Positions 51,640 to 62,387 of a stretch of 64,000 nucleotides of DNA are shown here, one piece after another (position 1 is the stretch's first letter; each line of letters begins with the position of its first letter). The DNA lies in the NCBI GenBank assembly GCA_040182905.1, contig JARQWU010000017.1:1-64000 (forward strand), read 5' to 3'. The stretch is from Barthelona sp. PAP020. Taxonomy: Eukaryota. Both the position numbers and the translations under genes were made by a program. Under the pieces are notes generated by a model that did not search any database, was not told the origin of the DNA, and saw nothing but the letters and a program-made list of their open reading frames with translations.

Positions 51640-52810
51640 TCACTTTTTTCGTTCATAAATGACTACATGTTACCACCACTTGCTTCATTAATGTCAATCA
51701 AGTCCCAACATGTATCAATACTCACTATATACTCCTCTTCATTCATACACAAACCTAAAGCTACCAATTTTCAAATTCTTTGAGGATCAATATTTAAAGC
51801 AAAAAGATTCGATATGACACGAGCACTATTCTTTGATAATTCAATAGGATCAGTATGATGGCAAGAATTACAGCAGGTTCTAATTGGATAAACTCTAATA
51901 GTATCAGTGTTACCTTTAAACCATCCACATGCTAACTCTGTCATATCAAACGATATAGAGTAAGGGAAACATATTCATTTAAACAACCACATGGAACCTT
52001 TTGAATCTTCTGAAAGCTATCCACATTATATAAAGCAAAGGCATCACCAGACATTATGAGTAGAAATCCAGATTTTAAGAAATGAAAAGAAACTACTTGA
52101 CAAATCTCAAATGTATGGAGAAGGAGTCCATAGTCTATCTTCCAGAGTTTGACTTTCATTGATTGATCACCAACAGCTATAATTCCTTTAATTGGATGGA
52201 AATTAATGGATATAATTTCATCACCTTGATTGAATTTACGAACAACAGATAAGTTGTTGGCATTAACTAACTTAGTAATACAATCATAATAGCTAATTAA
52301 AAGATATTTCCCATCTGATGAGAGTTTTAACAGAAAAATGGAATCAGAATGAATTGCTTTTGTCAGGACTATGCTACCAGTATTAATATCCCATTTACAA
52401 AGAGTTCCAATTTCATCAACAAAAATATATAATCAGAAGAATGGGAAAACACATTCCAGTAATTGTCCAATCATTGCTCCAGCGGCTTATAATCTCGAAT
52501 TCTCGAAAGTTATACACAAAAATATGAAAATAACAACAAAAGACTAAATTTTGTCCATTGGGTGAAAAAAATATGCTCTGAAATGTTGGAAATATTACTG
52601 TGATTTTCAAAAATACGATTTACATGTCCATTTTCTACATCAATCATATAAATCTCATCAGTATCACAACAAATTATCAGACTTTTACTATCTGGCGAGT
52701 ATTCACAATAATCATACCATCAAAAAGAAAATCTTCAAAAGATTTAATTTTGTTTTCAATGATTCTGTCTGAAAACATATCAAAAATAGTTTTCTTCACT
52801 TATTCATCAT
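51640..52810 (-). pseudogene. Decayed WD40-repeat gene
   Basis: WD-like fragments in shifting frames (CEYSPDSKSL, FFSPNGQNL, LCKWDINTG, HSDSI..LSSDGKYL, SINFHP...VKLWKI) with several frameshifts and in-frame TGA/TAG. Confidence 0.8.
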
Positions 52811-52949
52811 TTGAGCCAATAAACACAAACGTCAACGAAAAAAAAAGATGAGATTGAGAAATCTTTTTTCTATTTTTCTAACTTGAGCAATCCATACTTA
52901 TAAAAGTAGCTTTGATCTCATGACATGAAAATAAAAAACAATGAAAAAT

Positions 52950-55900
52950 TTATTTGTTAAATTTTCTCCTTTTTGATTTAGCTCTTTTCCATTGAGCTTT
53001 TTCATCAGAGATCATAGAGTCGATATACGAACCGCTTTTGTTTTGTTGTTTCTTTTTTTCTTTGGCTTCTTCTTTTTTTCTTTGTTTTTTGGCAACTTTT
53101 GTTGACTCCATCTCTTGATTTAGTAAATCATCGATCAAAGATTGAGAAGTGGAACTGCTAGGTGGCATTTTCAGTTGATTTGTAGCAGGTGGCATGGATC
53201 TTGGTCCAGGTCTTGGGGTGCCATGTCTTGGTGGTATTAAATGTGGATTATAAGGTCCAACAGCAATATTTGTAGATTTTGGAGGTGTTCCATAGGAAGA
53301 TTGAGGGTATGATGCAGTCGCATATTGTTGTTGTTGTTGTTGACCGTATTGTTGTTGTTGAAAAGGATGTCTTGGTATACTTGAAGGCTGTTGGTGTTGC
53401 ATCCCGGGTAGAATATTGCAACTTTGAGCTTCATAAGACACTTGATCAGTGGATGATTGGGGAGCATAAGAACTTGTTTGTTTGTGCTGTTGATGACTTG
53501 TTTGATAGTACGGTTGATTGTGTTGTTGAGGGTATTCTTGAGAAGGAAGACTATTTTGGTTTTGGTTATATTGAGGTTGTTGTTGTCTGTATGGTTGTGT
53601 TTGTTGTCCATATGATTGTTGATGACCATAAGATTGATGACCATAAGATTGTTGTTGTTGACCATATTGTTGACCATATTGTTGTTGCCCATATGATGGG
53701 TGTTGACCATATTGTTGTTGTTGATTGTAAGGTGATTGCTGACCGTATTGTTGACCGTATTGTTGACCGTACTGTTGCTGACCATATGGTTGATTGTCTT
53801 GATACTTTTGATTTTTTCTGGCTTCTTGTTCCCTAGCTTTTTGTTGTATTTGCAAAGGATCATTTCTAGTTATTTCCGCTGCCATTTTAGAACCTTGAGT
53901 AACATGACCATAACTCATTGCAAATTTTTGCAAATCGTTTTCAGACAGACTTGGACTAGCATTTTTATGAGTTCCAGCTAAAACATAGGAAACAAAATTA
54001 AATCCATTGGGGAAATCAGGAAATTCAAAACAACAACTAATGGCACTAAAAGTGGTTGGTTCTGCATAAATATTATCTAAATTTGTCAACGTTCTGTCAA
54101 CCAACGTCCTATTTATCGGAGATTTGAATATTTTATCATTAAATTCATCAATATCCTCAACATTTTCCGTAAACCAAGGATCCTTTTTAACATTACCAAA
54201 TATTTGATAGTTTTCAAAAGGATCTATCGTCAAATGATCAACATTATTTTTTTCCTTCAAATATTCATTGTAAGAACCATCAATAAAAGGTGGATCTTTC
54301 AAGTCAAGAGTTCTACGAATAAATTGATACAAACGATGTTGTGGTCCAACAAACAATAAATTGTACCCAAAAAGATCTCTTAAAAATTCATTGTAACTTC
54401 TTTGATGGAAATTATTGGACTCAATTTCAACATTAGGAGGCAAAACTTCAACATTATCATAAATTTCTTTGACACTTTGTTTTAGTACATTTTGAGGAAT
54501 GAAAGGTAACAAAGCAATTGCTTTCCATGCAGCATGTGCACCATTTAAATCCAAAACAAAATTATCAGGAGAATAAGGCTTCAAAGGACTATTTTCATCC
54601 AACAACAAGGGTTGTAAACATTTAGGCAATGCTCTAGCACTATCTTTAGGATAAACAGCTAATAATTGTTCTGAAGGTCTGAAAGGTTCATCAGGAAATA
54701 AAGAAACAACACCCTTTGTTGTAGATTTTATATCGTCCCTCAAAAGTCGAGTAATTTTCTCAATCTCTAATAAAGGCTCAATATTGAAACTTGAGTACAA
54801 TTTTCCTTTGTCAATATATTTCATCAAACATAAATCCCCTGCTAAAGGAGCATAATGAAATGGATAAAACCAACTCCATGAAGGACAACCCCTAATATAA
54901 TAAAGAAAAGTCCAAGCCAACCCTTCGCAATACGTTTGTATTACATCTAAATATTGAGGTTGATAATCAACAGAACTAATGATCCCTGATCTTCTGAAAG
55001 GAATTTGACGTAATTGTCTGCCTAGATTTTGAGAGAGTATTGGACCTTCAACACTTTCTTCATTTGTCAAAGAAATATGCATCTTTGAACCATAGTAACG
55101 CTTTTTATATCCATCAAGATGAAATTTCACTGGATCATCTGTCAATAACTGATGACTAACTTCAACTTCATGACCATTGATTTCCACTTTCTTTGTTTTA
55201 ACCATAATATCTTTTTCTTCAACAAATTCATTTGCATTGATCAATATATCGGAATTGATACTACCGTTATTAATATCTGCTTCATCAAATTCAGATAATT
55301 TTGCTTCAACTTGTTTTTTCAAATCTTCAGTCTGTTTGCTATAATCATTTGCTAGATCCCTTTTCTTTTCATTGTAGTCTCTTCTTTTTTTATTTCGTTC
55401 ATAACGTTCTTGTCTTTCATAACGTTTTTTAAACACTATCGGTTCCTTTTGAGAAACAGTTTCCATAAGCATCCCAATTCTTTGAAATTCAATCAATCCT
55501 CGATCGGTTAAATATCCTTTTAATTCGGGTAATTTGGTTAAATAACAGTTTGTTAACAAATCTATTGCTCCTTCTGCTATTTCCATTGAAGGTAAATGAG
55601 GTAAAAAATCATTTCCCACAAGAAAACACAAGAAAATGAAATCATCCAATAATCTCTCCAAATCATAATGGTCTCCTAAAGTTACTTTCAAACCATATAA
55701 AACACCAAAATAATGATCTAAATATTCTCTTAAAATACCAATATTTACAAATTGATATTTGTTGTTGAATCCTGGAATAATATCCATCAAACGTAAAGGC
55801 ATATCCTCAGGATTTCTACCAATATCAGGACAATAAAAAGAAGAATGTGAATAAGATCCACAATGCGTACATCTGTCATCTTCTTTTTTATTTCCAAATA

Positions 55901-56783
55901 AATCTTCACGCAATATGTAAAAATTTTGCTCATGTGTTGCCAATGACAACATAATCAAATCTGCATCTAATCCATGAATACAATGCTTCAAATTCGGATT
56001 GTATAAAGGTTTATTGTAGTTAGGAGGTAAAGATTCAACAGCTCGCTTTCTTAACCCACATTCCAAAGGAAAATTCATCGCTCTTTGACTTCGAATAAAG
56101 TCCATGATTTTATGTTCACCTTCTCCAGGTATAGAAGCATCCGATAAAATAACGCTAATACTTTGCCAACCAGGATCTCTTTTTAACTTGATGTTGACAT
56201 ACCATCTCAAAGCTTTTGACAATTCCTGCATAAACTCTGTTCCAGGGGTAATAATATTAGAATCCCATCTACCATCAATCATAAATTCATTGTATATATC
56301 AGTATTTTTTGTTTTATCAACTCCTTTCTTTGCTGCATACACATCTTTGAATTTTTGAGAACTGATTCGTAAATTCAATTCTTTAGCCAAATTTTGTTGA
56401 CTGATACGTTTTTCTTGAGCAGATCTAAATCTGCGACTACGTTGTTGATTCATTTTAGCTCTTGGAGCAATACCATCAACAGCTAAAAAAATCAAATTTC
56501 TGGGTCGAACCAAATTAAAAATTCTATCAACATAATGAAACACGTTTAAATAAAATTCACTCCAAGTTTTGGGAGGTTGAGTATTTTCAGGATGAAAACA
56601 TGGATGAACTAATCCATTCATATCAATATATAAATTATCAAACTCAATACCATTTGGATTAGGATCTAAATTATTAATAGGACTGATAATATCATGATTA
56701 ATTTCAGGATCAATTTCAATACAATCTACAATGGCTTTCGGAAATTTTTTCGATAACCATCGATAAAATGAAGGAACACCCAT
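52950..56783 (-). CDS. XRN2: 5'-3' exoribonuclease XRN2/Rat1 type with zinc knuckle and Q/Y/G-rich tail
   Basis: MGVPSFYRWL, FDNLYIDMNG, PRAKMNQQRSRRF, PGEGEHKI, GLDADLIML, GNDFLPH, WFYPFHYAP; CTHCGSYSHSSFYC. Confidence 0.93.
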   Translation of the reverse strand: MGVPSFYRWLSKKFPKAIVDCIEIDPEINHDIISPINNLDPNPNGIEFDNLYIDMNGLVHPCFHPENTQPPKTWSEFYLNVFHYVDRIFNLVRPRNLIFLAVDGIAPRAKMNQQRSRRFRSAQEKRISQQNLAKELNLRISSQKFKDVYAAKKGVDKTKNTDIYNEFMIDGRWDSNIITPGTEFMQELSKALRWYVNIKLKRDPGWQSISVILSDASIPGEGEHKIMDFIRSQRAMNFPLECGLRKRAVESLPPNYNKPLYNPNLKHCIHGLDADLIMLSLATHEQNFYILREDLFGNKKEDDRCTHCGSYSHSSFYCPDIGRNPEDMPLRLMDIIPGFNNKYQFVNIGILREYLDHYFGVLYGLKVTLGDHYDLERLLDDFIFLCFLVGNDFLPHLPSMEIAEGAIDLLTNCYLTKLPELKGYLTDRGLIEFQRIGMLMETVSQKEPIVFKKRYERQERYERNKKRRDYNEKKRDLANDYSKQTEDLKKQVEAKLSEFDEADINNGSINSDILINANEFVEEKDIMVKTKKVEINGHEVEVSHQLLTDDPVKFHLDGYKKRYYGSKMHISLTNEESVEGPILSQNLGRQLRQIPFRRSGIISSVDYQPQYLDVIQTYCEGLAWTFLYYIRGCPSWSWFYPFHYAPLAGDLCLMKYIDKGKLYSSFNIEPLLEIEKITRLLRDDIKSTTKGVVSLFPDEPFRPSEQLLAVYPKDSARALPKCLQPLLLDENSPLKPYSPDNFVLDLNGAHAAWKAIALLPFIPQNVLKQSVKEIYDNVEVLPPNVEIESNNFHQRSYNEFLRDLFGYNLLFVGPQHRLYQFIRRTLDLKDPPFIDGSYNEYLKEKNNVDHLTIDPFENYQIFGNVKKDPWFTENVEDIDEFNDKIFKSPINRTLVDRTLTNLDNIYAEPTTFSAISCCFEFPDFPNGFNFVSYVLAGTHKNASPSLSENDLQKFAMSYGHVTQGSKMAAEITRNDPLQIQQKAREQEARKNQKYQDNQPYGQQQYGQQYGQQYGQQSPYNQQQQYGQHPSYGQQQYGQQYGQQQQSYGHQSYGHQQSYGQQTQPYRQQQPQYNQNQNSLPSQEYPQQHNQPYYQTSHQQHKQTSSYAPQSSTDQVSYEAQSCNILPGMQHQQPSSIPRHPFQQQQYGQQQQQQYATASYPQSSYGTPPKSTNIAVGPYNPHLIPPRHGTPRPGPRSMPPATNQLKMPPSSSTSQSLIDDLLNQEMESTKVAKKQRKKEEAKEKKKQQNKSGSYIDSMISDEKAQWKRAKSKRRKFNK
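53570..53790 (-). repeat. Coding low-complexity tandem repeat (QQYG / HQSYG units)
   Basis: Repeated CAACAATAYGGT-type units inside the XRN2 tail. Confidence 0.85.
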
Positions 56784-57071
56784 TTTTTATAACAGCTCTT
56801 GAATAAAAAAAAGGTTTTGTATTTTTCTTTTATGAAAATTTCTTTTGATTAATTATGAAATATAATATTTATTATTATTATCAAATGTATGGATGATAAA
56901 ATTTTACAACTATGTAAACAAGAATCCCTATTATTTTTTATGAAACAATGTATTTTTTTCTATTAATTGATGTAAATAAGTTTTTTCAGTCTGAATCTAC
57001 GTTAAAATTGAATTTAATAAAAAATTGAAAAATTCACAAAAGGAAACAAAAACATTTTTTACCACATTCAA

Positions 57072-58199
57072 ATGTCGCGTATGTTAAATATTAATGGATC
57101 TGATGATCCTAACTATCGTTATAAGATGCCAGCGATAGAATGTGAGACTGTTGGACGAGGAACTGGAACCAGAACTATTATTCACAATTTAAAGGATGTT
57201 GCAACCGCAATTAAATGTCATGAAGAGTTTATTGTCAAATATTTGGGAATTGAAATTGGTACACAATCACGTCTTGATACAAAAGCCAGTACAGGTATAT
57301 TGAAGGGAGAACGTGATCAACCAACTCTTCAAACAGTTTTATATCAATTTATCAACGAGTTTATTCTTTGTCCTCAATGTGGAGCACCCGAACTTGAGCT
57401 TCGTAGTCGATCTGGAAATATTGTTTATGATTGTTTGGCATGTGGTAAACATGGAATTAATAATTCTACTCACAGAATTGTCAATTTCATGACCAAGCGT
57501 CTTGGAAAGACAAGAGCACAAGATCATACTGCTAATGAAACTCGTATTGTTGATGAAATTGATATTTTAGCCGATGAAGCCCAAGAAAAACTTGGTGATG
57601 TTAAAGCTGTTTCCAATTTTGAGTTTATTCACAACTATGCCATTCAATTACAACAAGATTTTCTTGAGAATAAAACCAATGAAGAAATCAATGAAAAACT
57701 TACAAATATTATGTTAACTGATTCAGAACTTGATCTTGAAAGGAGTTGTGCATTGGTATTTATGGCTACTATCCATGGTGGATATCCTGTCAAAACTATA
57801 AAGGCTGCTCAAAATTTCCTTCATGAGTTTATCACTGAAGATCAAGAAGCTGCCTGGCTCAGACTATTATCAAGGTACATTGTTGTTTTCCCATTCTCAA
57901 TCAAGATTATTCAACAGCTTATTCTTGCATTTTATCATTATAAGATTGTTTCTGCTCAAGCTATTTTCATGTGGTATGCAGAAAATCCTGAGGCACCTGA
58001 TCGTTCAGAAGCTTCAAAGGTCATTAGATTTATCGATCAATGTGAACGTGCTGCACATTCTGATGATGAATCAGACACTGATGAAGAAACGGATACAGAT
58101 ACAAACAGCTACAGCAGTGATGATGATGAAAACGAGGAAGAAGAAGATGATGACAGTGAAGATGATGATGACAGTGATTCAGACAGTGAAACAAAGTGA
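57072..58199 (+). CDS. EIF5: Translation initiation factor eIF5
   Basis: DPNYRYKMP, GRGTGTRT, CPQC...CLACG zinc ribbon, W2-like domain, acidic tail. Confidence 0.92.
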   Translation: MSRMLNINGSDDPNYRYKMPAIECETVGRGTGTRTIIHNLKDVATAIKCHEEFIVKYLGIEIGTQSRLDTKASTGILKGERDQPTLQTVLYQFINEFILCPQCGAPELELRSRSGNIVYDCLACGKHGINNSTHRIVNFMTKRLGKTRAQDHTANETRIVDEIDILADEAQEKLGDVKAVSNFEFIHNYAIQLQQDFLENKTNEEINEKLTNIMLTDSELDLERSCALVFMATIHGGYPVKTIKAAQNFLHEFITEDQEAAWLRLLSRYIVVFPFSIKIIQQLILAFYHYKIVSAQAIFMWYAENPEAPDRSEASKVIRFIDQCERAAHSDDESDTDEETDTDTNSYSSDDDENEEEEDDDSEDDDDSDSDSETK

Positions 58200-58312
58200 T
58201 TGTTATAAAATTATTTTAGTGATTTTTCTTGTTTTGGCGTGAATAATAAATTTGATCTATACATTTATAACAAAGAAACAACACACATTGCAAAATTAAG
58301 GCATATTGCAAG

Positions 58313-59179
58313 TTATCTTCTGAAAGGATTAATTTTCTTTTTTTGAAGAGGTGTATCATTTGTTGGGAAGGAAAGGTTGTTTGATATAGTTCCATTGATT
58401 AAATTAGATGTTTCGACATCAACTCTAGGCGTTCTAATTGGTGTTAATGGAGGTTTATTGACAAAACGGTTTGTATTTTGCATTGCATTAGCAATTTGAT
58501 CATCTTTTTGGGTTGCTTGAGTAACACAAGACTGTTTTCTAAAGCATTCATTTTGTAAAATTTTATAAGAAGCAGTGTAAAGTGACCTTACACCTTTTTC
58601 TCTTTTTTTCATTGATGAATATGTTAAAAAAATTAAAACAGAAATGGTAATGTTTAAAAGTATAACTAAAGGAGCATATTTATCACTATCATATCCTTGC
58701 AAACTTAATTTTAATATGATATTCCAAACAAAATGAATAGGATTGTAGCAAGTGAATTGAATCATACTAAAAATTGTGGGCTGCCATACATATAAAATAT
58801 TTTTTGATTTGGGCTTGAAAAAAGGCAACGTTTTGATAATTTTCATGAAAAAATTATCTTCAACTTTTTCATTATCATCTTCATCTGATAAAGAATAATC
58901 AGTTTCAGAATCAATGTGAGTTGTCTCAGGATCTTCATAATTTTTAGGGGGTATTAAATCATACTTTTGTGAAGCACACAAAAATCTATAAGAATTTAAT
59001 AAAATATATAATAATGATAATAAAGTGAAAATTCCTCCCGTTATAAAAGTGAAGAATAAATTGAGAAAAATCCCGCTTGAAATGCCAAATCCAATTTTAA
59101 TAGGGTCATCTTGATAAACTTTAAATTCAATCCATCGTTCCTTCAAATTTTGAATAAAATCTTCAATCTTTCGAAACAT
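58313..59179 (-). CDS. Nuclear-rim membrane protein, NUR1/Mug154 (DUF2418)-like
   Basis: Two TM hairpins; LLNSYRF...KY; LYVWQPTIFSMIQFTCYNPIH resembles the family block (vWdP....l..F....P.H). Confidence 0.6.
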   Translation of the reverse strand: MFRKIEDFIQNLKERWIEFKVYQDDPIKIGFGISSGIFLNLFFTFITGGIFTLLSLLYILLNSYRFLCASQKYDLIPPKNYEDPETTHIDSETDYSLSDEDDNEKVEDNFFMKIIKTLPFFKPKSKNILYVWQPTIFSMIQFTCYNPIHFVWNIILKLSLQGYDSDKYAPLVILLNITISVLIFLTYSSMKKREKGVRSLYTASYKILQNECFRKQSCVTQATQKDDQIANAMQNTNRFVNKPPLTPIRTPRVDVETSNLINGTISNNLSFPTNDTPLQKKKINPFRR

Positions 59180-59267
59180 TTCAAATCAATAAAAATAATA
59201 AATGAAATGGGGATAAAGAACAAATTCCATTCTTCTTGTTTTTCATGTTTTATTTTTTTTGAAAATT

Positions 59268-59855
59268 ATGTTGAAAAACCGAAAACGTCTCTCCAAGAAG
59301 GCAAATACCAAGCCAAAATCGAATGATGATTCGAATATTGATTTAGATTCCAGTTTATCTGTAAAAATTAATCAGGATACTCAAATTAGTGCAGATCAAA
59401 TAATAGATATTAACAAAAAAACAAAAGATGCAGAAATTTTAGTCAATCAGAATGTTTTGACAGTGAATACAAAAAGGAAATCAAATGAAAATAAAAAATT
59501 CACACAACCTGGTTCCATCGGTGAGATTGATTCATTTGTGCAATATTGTGAAGATTTTTACAAATTTGGCTATTGTCGTTTTGGCAATACTTGTAGATAT
59601 GCACATATTCGAGAACATTTGAAAACTTCAACTGAACTTGAAAGAGAATGGGAGGAAAAAAAACGTCAGCCCATTTTGGAAGATATTGAAACAAAATATG
59701 AACAAGCCCAAAAAACCAAAATTGCCTGCAAGTGCGGTGGTGTTCCTGTGTTTAGACTTGATTGTGGACATGTTATTTGTCAAAATTGTGATGGTTTGAT
59801 TTGTCCAAGTTGTGGTCAAGAGATTTTTATAAAAACCAGAATAAATAAAACGTGA
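59268..59855 (+). CDS. RNF113: Spliceosomal RNF113/Cwc24 (CCCH + RING)
   Basis: CEDFYKFGYCRFGNTCRYAHIRE...ELEREW and a compact C-terminal RING (CGHVICQNC...CPSC). Confidence 0.82.
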   Translation: MLKNRKRLSKKANTKPKSNDDSNIDLDSSLSVKINQDTQISADQIIDINKKTKDAEILVNQNVLTVNTKRKSNENKKFTQPGSIGEIDSFVQYCEDFYKFGYCRFGNTCRYAHIREHLKTSTELEREWEEKKRQPILEDIETKYEQAQKTKIACKCGGVPVFRLDCGHVICQNCDGLICPSCGQEIFIKTRINKT

Positions 59856-60261
59856 TTTGAACAGTGTTACTTTTCATTCCTTTACTTTCATGGCTCAAAT
59901 TTTCTTTAACTTGAATGGACCAGCAGACATTGATAAACAATAAACTTTAATCTTTATTTAGTTGTGGGGTTTGTTCTGAAAAAGAAACTTGTTGTTTTAA
60001 AAGATGCAGTGGTGAAAGCTGTGCTATGTAGTATTCGAAATAATTTCATCCACTGATTCTTTAAAAAAGTCAAGAAGTTTCAAAATTTGTAATTATTGCA
60101 CAAATTTTTTTTTTTTAATTTCACTTGCAAGGTCAAATTTTTGAAGTGGTGAGAAGGCAAATTATGATTTGCAACAAACAACAGTTTGAAAACAACTTTT
60201 CAAAATATTTGTGACGATAAAATTTGTTTTTATCTTTTATTTTTCAATTGTTTTTCTTTTT

Positions 60262-60852
60262 TCAAGGAATTTGGGACTTTTCCCTTTTTTCTGTTAATAT
60301 AGAAAGCAAATATGCATGTGATCTAAACTCAGGTGCTCGAGGCAAAGATAATTCCAAATTCTTTTGAATTTTATACTCAATTCTTGCTTGAACCAAAACA
60401 TCACATGTAGAAAGCCAAAAAGTTACATGACTATCATGAGTTCTAATGTTTAAAACAACTCCAACAATAGAAGGTTCTAATAAGGTTTCACCAACGCAGG
60501 AAAATAAAATCCTTTCCCAAAACCAATCAAGAGCATAAAAATTTGCAGGTAATCTAATAATTAGAGACCCACCTTCTTTATATTCTTCCCAAGAAGGAAT
60601 AATATTGTTTTTAAAAAGATGTATGCTGTTCCCTTCACAGAGATATGAAGGCCGTTTTAAATTGCTGTATAACCGGTAAAAACCTTCAAGAGTTGTTACT
60701 GATCCCAAACATTTTAAATGTGATTCCCAATCTGAATCATAATTCATGGTCTTTGATTTTTCTCCAAACCATAATGTCCATGCATCTTGTAATTCATGTG
60801 TTCGTGTTGTGTCAATAGGGGAAACGAAACTATGAGAGCGTGTTCGATTCAT
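60262..60852 (-). CDS. eIF4E: Cap-binding protein of the eIF4E family
   Basis: HELQDAWTLW, DWESHL, LFKNNIIPSWEE..EGG, WERILFSCVGE, GVVLNIR, TFW. Confidence 0.9.
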   Translation of the reverse strand: MNRTRSHSFVSPIDTTRTHELQDAWTLWFGEKSKTMNYDSDWESHLKCLGSVTTLEGFYRLYSNLKRPSYLCEGNSIHLFKNNIIPSWEEYKEGGSLIIRLPANFYALDWFWERILFSCVGETLLEPSIVGVVLNIRTHDSHVTFWLSTCDVLVQARIEYKIQKNLELSLPRAPEFRSHAYLLSILTEKREKSQIP

Positions 60853-60941
60853 AAAAAAGAAAAGAGCAAAATGGAGATTTACATTTTTTATTATTATTTA
60901 TTGACATTTTGTGTTGATGACAATATAGTTCAGTTATATTT

Positions 60942-61961
60942 ATGTCAAACCGTTTATTACAATTACGAAAAAATTTGATTGGATCTACTTTCGAAACTCC
61001 GCCTAAAACCGGATATATCAGAAAGAATTGGAATATATGTTTAAAAACAGCAGTTGATTTTGATGTTAAAAAGCTATTTGTTAAATATGAAATTGTTTTA
61101 TCAAAAACAAGCCAATTTGATTCATTAGAAGATGCAGAATGCCCATTTGGTTTAACGCAAATTGTACAAAGAAGCAAAAAAATTGATGAAAATGGGAGAA
61201 AGGTCAATGTTTTTTCTCTTTCATTTCCAATAAATTTAGTATTGATAGATAATTGTGAGGATTCATCTCCCAGGGCATCTTATATTATTTTTACCATATA
61301 TTCAGTTGACTTTTTTGGTAATTATCGAGAAATTGGTGTTTGTAGTTTTTGTTTGGATAGGGGTGTTGGTGTTTGTGATCATATTTTGTCTTGTGTTCAA
61401 TTCTTGGGTACACCAAGGGAGAATTTGCAGAATTTCTTCATTGGTGGATTAAAATTGAAAGATGTCAGTTCTGTTGTTTATGGGAATCCTGAATCAGCAA
61501 ATATCATTTCAATGTTGGGTGGACAAACTTTATCTGCTGGATCTTTGATGATTTCAGCGAATTTGGTCACCCAACAATTCAACAAGACTCAAAGAATGAA
61601 AAAGAGATTGAAGTTACCACCTAGAATTAGTGGTTTTGACAGGTCGAAAGTTGATTCATCTAAACCAAAAACATTGGTTTCAAAATCGAAATTAGGGGGA
61701 CCAAAAATAAAGAAAACTGTAAACAAGGAAAAAGAACTTCGCAAAAAGAAGATAAAAGGAGAATTGAGTACAACTTCAAAAACACTGTTAATACCAGCCA
61801 ATCAAGACGATTTGTTAGAAACCCCTTCACAAAAAAAGAAAACAAAAAGAAAAATGGGAAGAACTGGGAAAGGAAAAACAGGCACTCCCAGAAGAAAGAA
61901 AAGTGTCAAATCAATTTCTCCTATTGAAACACCAAATAATCGTGATTCTCCTGATTTATGA
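60942..61961 (+). CDS. MKS1: B9-domain transition-zone protein, MKS1-like
   Basis: LFVKYEI, LSFPI, IYSVDFFGNYREIG, LQNFFIGG..LKD; basic C-terminal tail. Confidence 0.7.
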   Translation: MSNRLLQLRKNLIGSTFETPPKTGYIRKNWNICLKTAVDFDVKKLFVKYEIVLSKTSQFDSLEDAECPFGLTQIVQRSKKIDENGRKVNVFSLSFPINLVLIDNCEDSSPRASYIIFTIYSVDFFGNYREIGVCSFCLDRGVGVCDHILSCVQFLGTPRENLQNFFIGGLKLKDVSSVVYGNPESANIISMLGGQTLSAGSLMISANLVTQQFNKTQRMKKRLKLPPRISGFDRSKVDSSKPKTLVSKSKLGGPKIKKTVNKEKELRKKKIKGELSTTSKTLLIPANQDDLLETPSQKKKTKRKMGRTGKGKTGTPRRKKSVKSISPIETPNNRDSPDL

Positions 61962-62069
61962 TATTATTTTTTGGATAAAATGTTTGTATGCATGTTTTTT
62001 TTTTTTTTTTTTTTTCCAAATGAATTCACAAAACTTTTTTCTTTCATTTTTTTTTTTCAGATTGTTACA

Positions 62070-62387
62070 ATGACGACTTATCAAAAAGAACCCAAATTAC
62101 GTATGGACGCATGGACAAAAGGGCGTAACAATGCAAAACAATATACGATTTTTGATGAAGACCATACTATTGGAAATCTATTGCAGACAGCAATTATGGC
62201 TGATGAATCCGTCGAATTTTGTGGATATCATAATCCACATCCATTAGAAAGGAAAATTGTTTTGAGAGTTCAAGCAAAGGATGAATCTGATCAATCAGGT
62301 GCTGTTACTGCCTTTTATAATGCTGTAGATAATTTAAAAAATACTTTCACAAATTTACTTGAACAACTTGATTTGCAAACAAAATGA
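62070..62387 (+). CDS. RNA polymerase small alpha-like subunit (RPB11 / RPAC2-AC19 family)
   Basis: EDHTIGNLL, EFCGYHNPHPLERKIVLRVQ; paralogue identity is ambiguous. Confidence 0.88.
   Translation: MTTYQKEPKLRMDAWTKGRNNAKQYTIFDEDHTIGNLLQTAIMADESVEFCGYHNPHPLERKIVLRVQAKDESDQSGAVTAFYNAVDNLKNTFTNLLEQLDLQTK

Noticed and set aside
53237..53863. Long alternative-frame and antisense ORFs over the XRN2 tail
   Set aside because: By-products of CAA-rich low-complexity repeats that lack stops.
61986..62060. Possible 75-nt intron GTATGC...TTTCAG upstream of the polymerase subunit
   Set aside because: No YTAAC branch point, about twice the length of the other introns, and not needed for a complete protein.
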